Below are positions 12,319 to 26,126 of a DNA stretch of 64,000 nt, piece after piece. The stretch spans positions 16,554,001 through 16,618,000 of the forward strand of contig OX597830.1 in assembly GCA_951406725.2 (NCBI GenBank), in the 5' to 3' direction. Position numbers and translations under genes: made by a program. The notes below the pieces were generated by a model that was given only the letters and a program-made list of their open reading frames with translations, did no database searches and was not told the origin of the DNA. Source of the stretch: Octopus vulgaris (taxonomy: Eukaryota). Position 1 is the first letter of the stretch. Each line of letters opens with the position of its first letter.

Positions 12319-13435
12319 AGTAAAAATATCTTCTATTATCATTTTGTTCCACATTAATTCGTGTTAGATTCCTGAGTGCTTTAGTTTCAAACCATCTATG
12401 AAAACTAGTTAAGTACATATCGTTACACTGTACTTTAGACAATCAATGCTAAACATCATTTATAAATAAATCTTTGTGAAAATCATCACCTTACATTAAA
12501 AGGCAATAATGAAGTCAGTAGTTATTTATATGAAGTTAGTGATAATTCAGAAAAGATAAATGAATATTCAAATACCACATATATTTTGATACAATTACCA
12601 TATCCACTTTCTATCCTACTTAAAATAGAACTGATATTAGATATTAAAATTTTTTTAAAGATAAAGTTTTCCGGTTCATTCATTTTTAATATTAAAACAA
12701 GGAATTTACTACAAATTTCTCCAGCTTTTAAATATTTGGTAGAATTTCACAGAATTATAAATTTAGTGACACACAATCAAAAGTTTTGTGAAATGTTCTT
12801 GATAACAAATTATCTGTCATGTTTCAAATACATAATTGATAAGAACCGCTCATGCAACTAGCAAACCTACATTATGGCCAGCATTCGGAGTAGTCTCTTG
12901 TTACAAGTAATGTGACATGAAAATTAATGAAAGAAGATAACTTATAAACACAACACACACACACGAATTACTTCAGTAAAAAAAAATAGTAACAGAACTA
13001 TTTCCCAGATGCTGTATTTTCAAACTGATAGTGTCCTAAATCAGCTTTACGAGTGCTCAGACTTCAAACTTTAAGCCAAATAAACAACACTGAACAAAGT
13101 TAACCTACTTTAATGATACACTGGGTAAATCAGTACTTCATTACAAAACTGTAGGCCTTTACATATAAATATTTAAAACATTGGAGATAGTAACAATTTT
13201 CCCACTACACAACAGTCTGAAATTCACTGCTTAACACATAATTGCTGCTAAAAGAACTTCGTTCTCTTTTAATATTATATTATATACCATACAAAAGGTA
13301 TGTCAGCTAGCTTAGATGGTAAACAGCAGATAAACAGACTTGGTTTTATGCTTTAGCAAAAGTTTGCAGATCTCTTTCAGTATTGGTGAGAAACTGAAAT
13401 TACTCAGAAACAGCCTCAATAAAACTTTGGTTTAA

Positions 13436-13657
13436 CCCTTTAGTGTTCACATTATTCTGCCAAAATTAATGCTTTTTAATCCACATTGTTTTGAACTAAT
13501 CAGGCATTAATCTTGGTGCTATGAGATTTTGATGAGGTAGCTGTAAATTTTTAAAACAATATTGTAGGGTTGGTGTGAGAGACCAGATCTGGCCAGTTTG
13601 AACATAAAACAGGCAGAATACTTTTGGCCGGATATGGCCGGTTTAAATGCTAAAGGG
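13436..13657. mobile_element. piggyBac-type MITE D1
   Basis: TTAA|ccctttag...ctaaaggg|TTAA. Confidence 0.9.
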
Positions 13658-13959
13658 TTAAACAGCCATCCTTAATATTGTCTAAGAACATCTGATATCA
13701 ATAAAAAAAATATTAATTTTTCCAAGATTCTGGAAACAGTTCCTCTTTGAGCAACAAGAAGAATGAGGGAAAAAAATATATATCACTTGACAAAAATTAT
13801 AACCAATATCAGTAGAATATCAAATCAATTCAAAAGTTGATCAGTCTACTGATTTCTCAAGATTCTATGATCCAGACAGTATAAGTTCAATTTCTGCTCA
13901 GCTCTCCCAAACTACAAGTCTTCATTCTAGTTTGTTTACACAACACATTCTTAAATAAA

Positions 13960-15278
13960 TATATAGGTGACTCGATCAATTCCCAGCAATAGGACGCCAA
14001 GAAGTAAACCAATCTGGAAAAGGATTTGGAAGCTTAGGGACATCCTAATTGAGAAGTTTGACAAAAGGGAGGAGGAGCTACGGACTTGTGACATAGAGGG
14101 CAACTGGGAATTCCTGGAGGACAGCTTGCTGAGTGCCAAAGACCAAATTTGTGGCTGGTGCAAATTCCCATCCAGACCTAGGGTAAAGTGGTGGTGAAAT
14201 GATGCAGTAGACAGGGCCATTAGCGCTAAGAAACAGGCCTGGAAGAATGGGGGTAGCAGGGAACTGTATCAAATTGCCAGAAGGGATGCTAAGAGACAAA
14301 GTATATCTCGCCAAGGGATAAGCAGAAAAGAAGTTCAGCGACATGAGGACCAAAGAACTGAAGTGTTTCGTATTGCAAGACAATGTGTGAGAGAAAATTG
14401 TGATGTCGCAGGAGAGAAATATGTCCATATGAATGATGGTGCACCTGCATGTAATGACTCCTACCCCTGCTGACAACAAAGGGCCTCCTCTTTCAGAGTA
14501 AAAGGCAGATTGTTTGATACCTGTGTGCAAACAGCTATGTTTCACAAAACTTTTGATTGTGAGTCTCTAAATTTATAATTCTGTGAAATTCTACCAAATA
14601 TTTAAAACCTGGAGAAATGAAGCCAGTATGTTGTGCACTGGTATGGTTATGTGACGTGTATGGATGAGGATAGCTGTATAAAGAAGTGCCAATCTTTAAC
14701 TGTGGAGGGAACATGTGGTAGAGGTAGACCCAGGAAGACATGGGGTGAGGTAGTGAAGCATGATCTTCGAACTTTGAGCGTCACAGAGGCAATGACTAGT
14801 GACCAAAACCTTTGGCGATGCGCTGTGCTTGAGAAGACCCATAAAACCAAGTGAAATCAGTTGTGGTAGCTGGCACCATTGCTGGTGGCACATAATGAAA
14901 ACAGTTCGAGTGTTGGGTCCCATGGAGGAAAAGTGGCTGAGTTATTTTTGTGTGTTGGGAAGCAAAGTGGCTGAGTTCCTTTCAAGTATTGGGCCTCACA
15001 GAGGCAATGACCGAGACCTTTGGCATTATGTTGTACTTGAGAAGAAGAGCCATCAAGCCAAGCAAAATTGCAGTCATGGCAGGTACCGGTGTCACGCAAA
15101 TGGCACCTGTGTTGGTGGCACATAAAATCACCCATTACACTCTCAGAGTGGTTGGTATTAGGAAGGGCATCCAGCCATAGAAAACCATGCCAAATCAGAC
15201 TGGAGTCTAGTGCAGCCTTCCAGCGTACCAGCACAGTCAAACCGTTCAACCCATGCCAGCATTAAATGATGATGATGA
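13960..15278 (+). mobile_element. Decayed, internally deleted RTE-clade LINE with intact 3' end
   Basis: Peptide relics W..L.DSLLSAKDQICGW...RVKWW, and WYGYVTCMDEDSCIKKC...VEGTCGRGRPRKTW.EVVKHDL (RTE ORF C-terminus), run into the family C 3' region and a (GAT)n tail. Confidence 0.85.
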
Positions 15279-15291
15279 TACACACACACAT

Positions 15292-15367
<76 letters not shown>

Positions 15368-16031
15368 CATGAAACAGAGCTACTAAACCAAGGGATGACC
15401 TGAACTAAATAATCCTTTCTACTAAAGGCAGAAGACCTGAAATTTAGGGGAGAGGACTAACTGATAACATTGACCCCGGAAGCGTGAAAGCAAAGTCAAC
15501 AGACAAACTACTGCTAAGCATTTTCTCCAGTGCGCTAACGATTCTGCCAGTTCGCCACCTACACTAAATAATAATAACATTTTATTTTCACTACTGTTCC
15601 ACACCAGCAGTTTTTATTGTGATTCCATGCTGATACTTGCAAAATTTATGTATTTGCTTTATCTGCTAGATGTAGCAACCAAAAATTGCTCAACACCTCA
15701 AACTATCACCTTTTAATTAAGGATCACAAGTTTCAAGTCCCTAGTATCAGGACAAGTTGCCTCACTATAAGGACAGAGTAAGTGCAACTAAAGTACCAAT
15801 CAAACAATGTTCAAAAAACTCAGTTAATTGTCATAGACTTCCTACCTTCGTCTTCTCTCTCTTCTGCAAACAGTACTTAAAATATCTTGTATCTTACCTA
15901 CTGCCATTGCCTTTCTAACACATCCAACCTGAAGCAAAGTTTATATATTAAAATGTCCAGCCAATCACATCCTTTTCATCTGCTTTTTTGTCATATAATT
16001 AGTGGCCTGATTCCCTAGGGCTTTCTGTTAA

Positions 16032-16247
16032 CCCTTTCATTACTGTATTTATTTTGAGATGCTCTGTGCTTCTTTCAATTACATTAAATATAACAAAGAA
16101 TTTAGAAAAATAACTTATCATTAAGCTAGTGTTAGGAACATAAATTGTGACGAATGTTTGGTGGAAGATTTTAATTCAGAACTTACGAAAACAAGACATT
16201 TGTACTCAGAGCCAGAGCCGGTTTCAGCCGGGTTGGTAATGAAAGGG
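16032..16247. mobile_element. piggyBac-type MITE family D2 (216 bp)
   Basis: TTAA|ccctttcattac...gtaatgaaaggg|TTAA. Other copies at 25378-25597 and 54737-54957. Confidence 0.9.
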
Positions 16248-16889
16248 TTAAGTAAAGGTGTAGTAGTGTGGTTTAAAAGTGCATTTTACAATAACACTGT
16301 TCTGAATTTGATCATACAGTGCAGCACCTTGAGCAAGTGACCTCTACCAGAACTGCAGGAAAAACCAAACCTTGTAAATGAAAGGCGACAGACATTTGTT
16401 CTAGGGTGACAGATTTGATCCAGCACCTGATTTAAGTTAACATAGTTCTTGGGTACCTTTAGTGAGGTTTACTCTGTTACAATAATTCAGACCAGGTCTC
16501 TGAACTGTGGATAATGGTATATTGTTGCACTCTTTCCTACTGCAGCAAACTATGAGTGGTGGTTCGGTCTCTCCCTTTACTTCACCAGTTCCCAAGGCCC
16601 TGCAAAGGTCATGAATACTGCCCTTCCTCACTGACTAAACCATAACAATAGAAATAAATGATTCACTGTTCATAGCATAATATAATAATATCTCATCATT
16701 ATACATCATCATGTGAAAACATTGATCTGATGACAAACACCAAACATAATGGAGAACCTTTTAAATTAAATACAAATCCAAATACACTATTTACAAGCAT
16801 CAAATATTTCTCATCAGCTCCATTCATCAGAGTGACCACTCCCACAGAGTTAAAAAAAGAAAGAAAAAAAATCACCAGGATGTGAAGAT

Positions 16890-18175
16890 GCATTTAACAA
16901 GAAAATCAGCCTAGATGAGATGCAGATCAGATTTGCACCAGTGGTACTATTCTTTTCATAATGAAATTTCAACTAAAAATATACACCTCTACCTAGCATT
17001 TGTTAATCTGAAGAAGGCTTTGATAGGGTAGAATCTGTAGTCTGGTGGTCTTTAAGAAATTTAGGTGTAGATGAATGGCATGTGAGAGTAGTGCAAGCCA
17101 CGTATATAGGGATGTAGCAAACCAAGTGAAAGTTGGCCAGGTGAGGAATTAAATGCGTAGGTGTGTTCTCCAAGGTCTGGCTCTCAGTTTCCTTCTATTT
17201 ATTACAGTTCTCCAAGGCAGAACAGAAGAGATTCATGTTATGCTGACAACCTAGGTCTTATAGCAGAGTTTGTGAAAAAACTTCAGAAATTCAGCAAAAC
17301 CTAAAACTGAGAGGCCTCATTAAAAGTGGAAAAGGAGACACAACTCTAATGCTATCAAGGAAAAGGCTGTGCTCAATCTGCAAACGAGTAGGGAGGAACT
17401 CTTACATACTTTACACAATATGAACTATGGCTGCACCCGAAAAGTACTGGAAGCATAGGAAAATTGATGGTGAATAAAGATTTTCTATGTGGCAGATGTA
17501 CAAGAGTAATAAAAAGCCAGAGCAATAGCAAAATAAAGTCCTTTCAATACTTGGAAGACTACAGCTTCTGTTATCTGAGTAACTTTATCAACAGTGGAGG
17601 AGGATGCTCTGAAATGTATAGTAACCAGAATAAGGACAGCAAAAGAAGTTCAGGGAGCAATTATCTCAGCTGGCAATAAGGGGATTCACCCTTCAAGCAA
17701 ATGGTAGATGGTATGTTGCTTGTGTACGTAATGTTACATGGTTGTGAGGTATGAACACTGACCATAGAGGATGTGTGAAAAGTTGGAGAGAAATGAAGCA
17801 AGCATCCACTGCTGGATGTGTAATGTTGATATGCATGAGGGACACGGTACAGATGAGCTGAGAGAAATACTAGGTACAAGAGGAATCAGCTGTAGTATGC
17901 AAGAATGAAGATTGCATTAGTGCAGACATGCGATGCATATGGAGAATGACAGATGAATAAAGAAGTGCAGGCATATTTAAGTGGAAGGAAACTATGGAAG
18001 AGAAAGAGCTAGGAGGATCCAGGAAAGCATGGGCAGAATTGATGAAAGCTAATCTCGTGATGTTGAACCTCACAAAGGAGATGACAAAGGAATACAACAA
18101 ATAACAAAAAAGGCTGTGTTGGAAATAATCTAAATAATGCAAGGAAAAGCAGACGTGAAAATGATGATGATGAGA
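16890..18175 (+). mobile_element. Decayed RTE-like LINE reverse-transcriptase region
   Basis: Frameshifted RT motifs LYLAFVNLKKA(FDRV) at about 16986, QG..LS.LLFI at about 17171 and YADNL at about 17239, followed by RTE-like C-terminal relics. Confidence 0.8.
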
Positions 18176-19567
18176 TGAAATCCATAACTTGTTTGAAATT
18201 GAATGAAATTAATAACCACAAACAGGAAAAGAAAGCAGAATGGATACTTTGATTGACAAGAGGCTTGCTTCATCTCTGCAATACTGAGGACACCGTTCCA
18301 ATAATGTTTTGTTTTCATTTCTCAAAATAAGATAGGGTTTTAGACATCCAGTACATCACTCGGCTAATTCCTATCAAATACATCTTAGCTAACCACATCT
18401 ACTGTTCCTATTTCAGCAGCATACATCAGTTGCTGTTTATTTTTATTTTCTATCTTCATTTTTCTTTACTGGCAAGAATGGAGATACATTTTGGCCACAC
18501 GTATGCTGCTGGAGCAACTGTTTCGGTGCTTGGTGCCCTTCCTGCTGCAAGACGCTCTAAGAAAGGATCCTTGTTTGTCAGACAAACAAACTGAGACGTA
18601 CAATGCCCAGGAGCACTCCATCAAAGCAGTAGCTAAGTTTGAACTTATCCTATGCGACCAGTTGTCTATATTACCTCAAGCCTCCTACAACCATTGTTAC
18701 ATAAACTACGCTGCTGCAGAAATATGTAAAAAGAAAAAAGAAAAAAAAGGTTTCATTTAGTTGAAAGCCAAAAGAGTGTGAAATAACTTTGTTCTTTTGC
18801 ATCTCGAAAGAGATGAGAAAGAACAGATGCCTGAGTGAGTTTGGTTATTAAATAATCTTGGCACCACTTCATTTTTCAATTCATTTAAAATATAAACAAA
18901 ACAAATTGTTCAGCATTCTCTTGGAAAATTTTTTTTATAAAAAAAACAAACAACTATATAAAACTATATATATAATAATTCTTTAAGACTAGAGATATTA
19001 AAGCCAACCAAGACACACCGACAAAAATAGACTATTATAAAAGCGAAGACTACTGAAATACATTGTTTACTAACACCAGCTGTAATAATATAAAATATCA
19101 ACTATGATGAAATGTTAAACTACGCAAACCAGAACAAATTACTCTGCTTAGAAACAGAGACATTAGCAACTGAGAGATGAGACTGCAATCAGGTTTTACG
19201 ACATCAGCCAAAATAACAAAATAGAATACCAGTTCACATGTGATTACTGAAAACGAAGCTGCAGTCTCCGATATCCCTCAACTCCCTATCTTTTGTCTAC
19301 AACTGAAAACACTCTGATCTGTTTCTTAATTACAGTTCGGTATAGTAATTGTTCCACATCAGAGCAGATACAACAGTAAAACTTACAGATGATATCCTTG
19401 GCACACAACTGTCGACAAGCCTACAAGGGAGTAATTACAAAGTCTCTCCTTGAGCTGTTAGAAATAGCAGCCAAAGTCCCCACAACCCATAGCCTACTTG
19501 TCTTAAAAAAGAGTATATTTGATATCATCCAAAACAGACTACTTCTGCAAAATAAAATAAATAAATA

Positions 19568-19945
19568 GGCGCAGGAGTGGTTGTGTGGTAAGTAGCTTGA
19601 TTACCAACCACATGGTTCCGGGTTCAGTCCCACTGCGTGGCATCTTGGGCAAGTGTCTTCTACAATAGCTCCGGGCCGACCAATGCCTTGTGAGTGGATT
19701 TGTTAGACGGAATCTGAAAGAAGCCTGTCATATATATGTATATATATGTGTGTGTGTATGTGTGTCTGTGTTTGTCCCCCTGGTGTGCTTACGTCCCCGT
19801 CACTTAGCAGTTTGGCAAAAGAGACCGATAGAATAAGTACTGGGCTTACAAAGAATAAGTCCCGGGGTCGACTTGCTCGACTAAAAGGCGGTGCTCCAGC
19901 ATGGCTGCAGTCAAATGACGGAAACAAGTAAAAGAGTAAAGAGTA
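19568..19945 (+). mobile_element. SINE family A
   Basis: Same head, core and tail as the other copies. Confidence 0.9.
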
Positions 19946-20167
19946 ACTAAAACAGGATGCTCATATCTTGATGGAGACTGACCAGAGCCAGTCTTCGGGA
20001 AAACACTCAGCATCATTGCATACTCCAAGCGCTCCTGCTGTCCATTCTTTATGGGGCACAGCTGTTCTGAAACTGACAAATAGCAACCCACAAAAAAGAA
20101 AAATTAGTGAAACATGCCCCCCCCCCAACCTTCTTTTAGTAAAAGACAAATTAATATTTGCCTCTGT

Positions 20168-20683
20168 AAGGTGGTTTGTGTTAGGAAGGTCATCACGCAG
20201 TCGTAAAAATCCTGCCAGAACAAGCAGTAAAGCCTGGTGCAGGCTTCTGCCTAGCCAACCCGTCAAACTGTCCAACCCATGCCAGCATGGAAAACAGATA
20301 TTGAACTATGACGATGACAACGATGACAAGATTAAAAAATTCAAAACTGGACCCCTGGACTGGTGGTACGTAAAAAGCACCATCCGAATCGTGGCCGATG
20401 CCAGCGCCGCCTCGCCTGGCTTCCATGCCGGTGGCACGTAAAATGCACCAATCCGACCATGGCCGTTGCCAGCCTCGCCTGGCACCTGTGCAGGTGGCAC
20501 GTAAAAAGCACCCACTACACTCACGGAGTGGTTGGCGTTAGGAAGGGCATCCAGCTGTAGAAACACTGCCAGATAAGACTGGAGCCTGGTGCAGCCTTCT
20601 GGCTTCCCAGATCCCCGGTCGAACCGTCCAACCCATGCTAGCATGGAGAACGGACGTTAAACGATGATGATGATGATGATGAT
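20168..20683 (+). mobile_element. Two RTE-like LINE 3' ends (family C)
   Basis: Old copy at 20168-20325; young copy at 20360-20683 with (GAT)n tail. Confidence 0.85.
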
Positions 20684-21142
20684 CTTATTAAAATCATCAA
20701 TTTGTCTGCTCCCTTTTTAATCCTCACATCTATCCACCCACCCCATGAGAAACGATGATCTGGTAACATGAGCTGAGATAACTAAATCCTTCACCAGGGG
20801 TTGCCAACAGTCGAATACAGTTACAAAGCATTAATGGGACTATTACAGGGATTATGCTTCTCTTTCAATGTATTCATGCTATTGTAGTTCTAGAAATTTA
20901 GAAATTGTTCTTATTTCTATTTCGATGCAAAGACTTTACACTCACTGATTCATTATGTGGGAAATTATGATAATATTGATATTTTCCAATCATATTCCAT
21001 AGTTAAGGTTATTAAAAGTGTAACTCATGGACATTTGTTAAAAGATTTCGACTGCTTTCAATGAAACGACGTAACACATACCATGACAAGCAGAACACTT
21101 TAACAGATTAGTACTGCTTCTATTATTACCATCGTCATTTAA

Positions 21143-21463
21143 CCCTTTAGCATTCAAATTAATATGTCATAAGTAATCCTTATTTATTCACATTTCTAAA
21201 AATTAATCTGGTATTATCTTGTAGCTTCAAGATTTGAAAGATGTAATTCTCTTTTACTCTCTTTTTTTTACTCTTTTACTTGTTTCAGTCATTTGACTGT
21301 GGCCATGCTGGAGCACCGCCTTTAGTCGAGCAAATCGACCCCGGGACTTATTCTTTGTAAGCCTAGTACTTATTATATCAGTCTCTTTTACCGAACCGCT
21401 AAGTGACGGGGACGTAAACACACCAGCATCGGTTATCAAGCAATGCTAGGGGGACAAACACAG

Positions 21464-21511
<48 letters not shown>

Positions 21512-21790
21512 GACGGGCTTCTTTCAGTTTCCGTCTACCAAATCCACTCACAAGGCTTTGGTCAGCCCGAGGCTATAGCAGAAAACACTTGCCCAAGGTG
21601 CCACGCAGTGGGACTGAACCCGGAACCATGTGGTTGGTAAGCAAGCTACTTACCACACAGCCACTCCTACATTTATTTTTAGAATTACATTGCAGGGTAG
21701 GTGTGAGATACTGGTTCCGGCCAGTTTGAGCATAAAATGAGTAGAATACTCAGGCCGGATATATAGCCAGTTTAAACACTAAAGGTTTAA
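21143..21790. mobile_element. MITE D1 interrupted by a family A SINE (minus, about 21250-21670)
   Basis: The MITE halves are colinear with 30851-31070, with a complete SINE between them. Confidence 0.85.
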
Positions 21791-22300
21791 TGCTTGCATG
21801 GGTCGGACAGAATTTGTTGAGGCAGATTTTCAATGACACGATGCCCTTGCTTATTGTAAAATGATATTTCCCCCTTGGCTAGACAGGTTTCCCAAGGAAG
21901 AACGGAAAATAAACATTGCTGTTTATATTCTAGTGATGCTCATTTACGATCATCATGTAATGCTGAGACACCTGGAAAAAGATGAGGGATGATGACAGGA
22001 AGGACATCTGACCGTAGAGAATTGCCTCGATTGTAGAGAATTGGGAATATAGACATTAAATGATGAAGTTTCCTCTCTTTTTTGTCTTTCATTCAAACTT
22101 TATCTCCCCATCATCTCTTCATTTCTCAATATCTTCACCTCTCGCCTCACAGACACTGACATCATACGCTAATTTCTCTCTTGTGCTATCTCTAGAATTC
22201 TTTGCATTACTCACTCACCCTCGATACCTCTTTCATTTTACCAGATTTCCTCTCTAATTCCACAGGGATAGATTGTTCTCATTCCTTTCGCCTTATCATC

Positions 22301-22668
22301 TTTTACTGTTTGCTTGTTTCAATTGTTAGACTGCGGCCATGCTGGGGCACCACCACGAAGGATTTTTAGTCAAAAGAATTGACCCCAGTTACTTATTTCT
22401 TTGTTAAGCTGAGTACTTATTCTATCAGTCTCCTTTGCTGAACTGCTAAGTTACTGGGACGGAGATACACAAACACTGGTTGCTAAGCTGTAGTAGGAGA
22501 CAAACAAAGACATACATACACACACAGATGTATGTGTGTGTGTGGCTTGTTTCAGTTCCCATCTACCAAATCCACTTGGTCAGACCAAGGGTATATAGCA
22601 AAGGGCACTTGCCCAAAGTGCCACAAATAGGACTGAAACCAGAACCATGTGATTGAGAAACAAGCTTC
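22301..22668 (-). mobile_element. SINE family A, older subfamily
   Basis: ctgcggccatgctggggcacc, tacttattctatc, tctaccaaatccact. A similar old copy lies at about 45207-45592. Confidence 0.75.
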
Positions 22669-22691
22669 ACTATTTGCTTGTAATGCTTAAA

Positions 22692-23325
22692 CCCTTTAGC
22701 ATTTAAACAGGCAATATTCAACCCGAATATTGTATCTGTTCTTTGTTCAAACTGGCCAACTCCAGCCTTTCATACCTACACTGCAATGTCATTCTAAAAC
22801 CAAACAAACCCATCATTGAAATCTCAAAGTTACAAGACAATGCATGATCAATTCAAAATAATGTGGATATAGGCGCAGGAGTGGCTGTGTGGTAAGTAGC
22901 TTGCTAACCAACCACATGGTTCTGGGTTCAGTCCCACTGCATGGCATCTTGGGCAAGTGTCTTCTGCTATAGCCCCGGGCCGACCAATGCCTTGTGAGTG
23001 GATTTGGTAGACGGAAACTGAAAGAAGCCTGTCGTATATATGTATATATATATATAAGTGTGTGTGTATATGTTTGTGTGTCTGTGTTTGTCCCCCTAGC
23101 ATTGCTTGACAACCGATGCTGGTGTGTTTACGTCCCCGTCACTTAGCGGTTCGGCAAAAGAGACCGATAGAATAAGTACTGGGCTTACAAAGAATAAGTC
23201 CCGGGGTCGATTTGCTCGACTAAAGGTGGTGCTCCAGCATGGCCGCAGTCAAATAACTGAAACAAGTAAAAGAGTAAGAGTATATAAATATTACACTTGA
23301 CAGAGGGATCTGAATGCTAAAGGGA
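22692..23325. mobile_element. MITE D1 interrupted by a family A SINE (plus, 22872-23280)
   Basis: ccctttagcatttaaac ... SINE ... tctgaatgctaaaggga. Confidence 0.85.
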
Positions 23326-23779
23326 TAAACCAGAATATATTCTGTTAAGCTGAGCAAGAGACACTCATTAGCTAAAAATACTAAGCTTAACACTTAATCA
23401 ACACTTATATCCCCCTATGCCATTGTTATGTAATACAATTATATAATGGAAATTAGGAGCTCTAAACCTTTGTTTTGTTTTTTTTTAATGGTCATAGGTT
23501 TGTTCTTTCTTAATAAAAACTTCCCATCTGGTGCTCATCTTTGTGCTAGGCTCTGATAACATCCCCAGTAGGCCTAGAATAGAGATGGAAACCATATGAG
23601 AGCATCAATTAGGAAACAATATTAAGTCTACAATTATAAAATAATGGGTTTAAAGTCCCTAATTTCCACCAACTAGAGAACGTATATGTTAAGTGCTAAG
23701 TCAACTTCGTAGAGCAATGTCCTCAGTGCTCACTTTATTTACTGATGCTCCCACTGTCTACTTCTTCTAGTGACATCTT

Positions 23780-23896
23780 CATTGTTAGCCTCAAATCGCC
23801 AGGCCTGGTTGGCATTTGTGAGAGATGCAGTACTGAGGATGAATGAAGCCAGCTCAACCCATCCCAGGTGAATGCTGTCAAGTCAAGTCAAGTCAC
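23780..23896 (+). mobile_element. Probable LINE 3' terminus with (CAAGT)n tail
   Basis: Reads RQAWLAFVRDAV...EASSTHPR* followed by gtcaagtcaagtcaagtca. The family assignment (RTE-like) is tentative. Confidence 0.45.
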
Positions 23897-24299
23897 ATCT
23901 TCATTGTCCACCTTATCTAGTCATGTCACCAGCCATGCTATCTAATAATGTAATTATCATCTACTTTATCTAGACATGCCTTCACATTGCCCTGTTTAAA
24001 ACCTGCCCATCAACTCAGCTGTCTCCGGGGCGGGGGGGGGTTCATTAATTCTCAAGCTCCTTCATTTACAAAGCAGAGGCTGATTGGCTAAGAAGCATTT
24101 CTCATTTATCTGGGTGTTTTTATTTTTAACACACATCATAGTTTTCCTTATTTGGATACTTGCACAGTACTGGATCAATGAATTTATGGTTGGATATCAT
24201 TTAATTAATCACATAACTGTAACATAGAGATTGCATCTATCATTATCCTAGAAGAGTGAAGCAAACAATGTAGCATGCCTTGCTAAGAATGTTTACAAA

Positions 24300-24752
24300 G
24301 CATTGGTGTGGGTGCTAGTGACACCTAAAAAGCACTGGTGTTGGTTCCACATAAAAAGCACCCAGTACACTCTGTGGAGTGGTTGGCATTAGGAAGCCAT
24401 AGAAACCAAGCCAAAACAGACTATGGAACTTGATGCAGCCCGACATTACCAGTTCCTATTTCTTTACTACCCACAAGGGGCTAAACACAGAGAGGACAAA
24501 CAAGGACAAACGGATTGAGGCGATTATATCGACCCCAGTGCGCAACTGGTACTTATTTAATCGACCCCAAAAGGATGAAAGGCAAAGTTGACCTCCACGG
24601 AATTTGAACTCAGAATGTAGTGGCAGACAAAATACCACTTAGCATTTCGCCCGACGTGCTAACGATTCTGCCAGCTTGCCGACATTACCAGTTCTTGTCA
24701 AGCTGTCCAACCCATGCCAGCAAGGGAAACAGACATTAGATGATGAGGATGA
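24300..24752. mobile_element. Family C 3' end (plus) interrupted by a B1 SINE (minus, 24456-24678)
   Basis: 16-bp TSD ccgacattaccagttc at 24440-24455 and 24679-24694. Confidence 0.9.
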
Positions 24753-25135
24753 GTATGTAACAAGATCTGAACTTATATCCAAGTGCTCAGCAGTTTTGTA
24801 CCCTAGCTTCACAGCTGTTGTATCTCATGTGCACTAGCTGACTAGCTAGATGGACCCCAAGATCAGTAATCTTACAGCTTATCGGGTGTACTGAAACAAG
24901 ATTCGTTCAAGATGTGGTTGGAGCAATACTTGCCCTAAGCAGACCTTAATTCGACACAGAGCTATGTAACTCATATTAACATTGGAAAACAGAGGTAAAC
25001 CATTTGGGATTCACAGATTTTCTACACCAAGATCATTCAACCATCTTCCTCTCATTTCCAAACAGACCTTAGAAATCATATTATGAATTTCTAGAACAAT
25101 TCATTGTTACAAATATCAGATGTATAATGGTTTAA

Positions 25136-25597
25136 CCCTTTAGCATTTCAACTGGCAGTATCCGGCCAAAATATTCTATCTGTTTTGTGATCAAACTGGC
25201 CAGATCTGGTTTCTCACACTTACCCTACAATGTCATTCTAAAAAACAAACAGTTATCGCATCAACATCTCATAGCTACAAGATAATAGGTGTTACTTTTG
25301 ACGGAATAAAGTGAATGCCAAAGGGTTAACGATAATGTATTAAGTAGTTCAAACACAACACACACACATATCATTAATCCTTTCGTTACTGTATTTATTT
25401 TGAGATGCTCTGTGTTTCTTTCAATTACTTTAAATGTAACAAAGAATTTAGTAAAATAACTTAGTTATCATTCAGCTAGTGTTAGGAACATAAATTGTGA
25501 CTAAGGTTTGGTGGAAGATTTTAATTCAAAACTTAGGAAAACAAGACATTTGTACTCAGAGCCAAAGCCGGTTTCAGCCGGGTCGGTAACAAAAGGG
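25136..25597. mobile_element. Adjacent piggyBac-type MITEs D1 (25136-25325) and D2 (25378-25597)
   Basis: Each is flanked by TTAA and has its family's terminal inverted repeats. Confidence 0.85.
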
Positions 25598-26126
25598 TTA
25601 AATCTCATGTATTTTATGATGCATTATAATGTGTTGTGGGCTAAGGTGGGAGCTGCCCCACAAAATACTGCCATAAAGATTTTCTTAAAACATTTCAATG
25701 GTAGTCAAAAACAATGTGAATAAGAATTCTCTTCATTGTCAAAAGTAACTCAACCCAATAGATAAAGCCAATTAATTTCAGGAAAACACATAATATCCAT
25801 TTTATTTTCATTTCACAACTATTACCACTTTGTAGAGCTATAGTCTTGAAATGACAAAACAAAATGCAGTGAAGTTAAAACTATACACTAAATGGCACAT
25901 CAAGAGTTCAGGATCTATGACTTGCCATTAATTGGTTTCTTCTATGACATAAATCTACTTCAGGTTAATTAGAAATTGGAACTTGTCAAATGTAACAATA
26001 GTATATCGAATGTCATTAACAAGCACCAAGCCCTAACAGCCTGACTGACATGTCAAAAATAAGAGACCATGGCAACTAGGTTGCTCCAAACAAAAATGAC
26101 AACAGAGCTTGATATTATATCAGATT

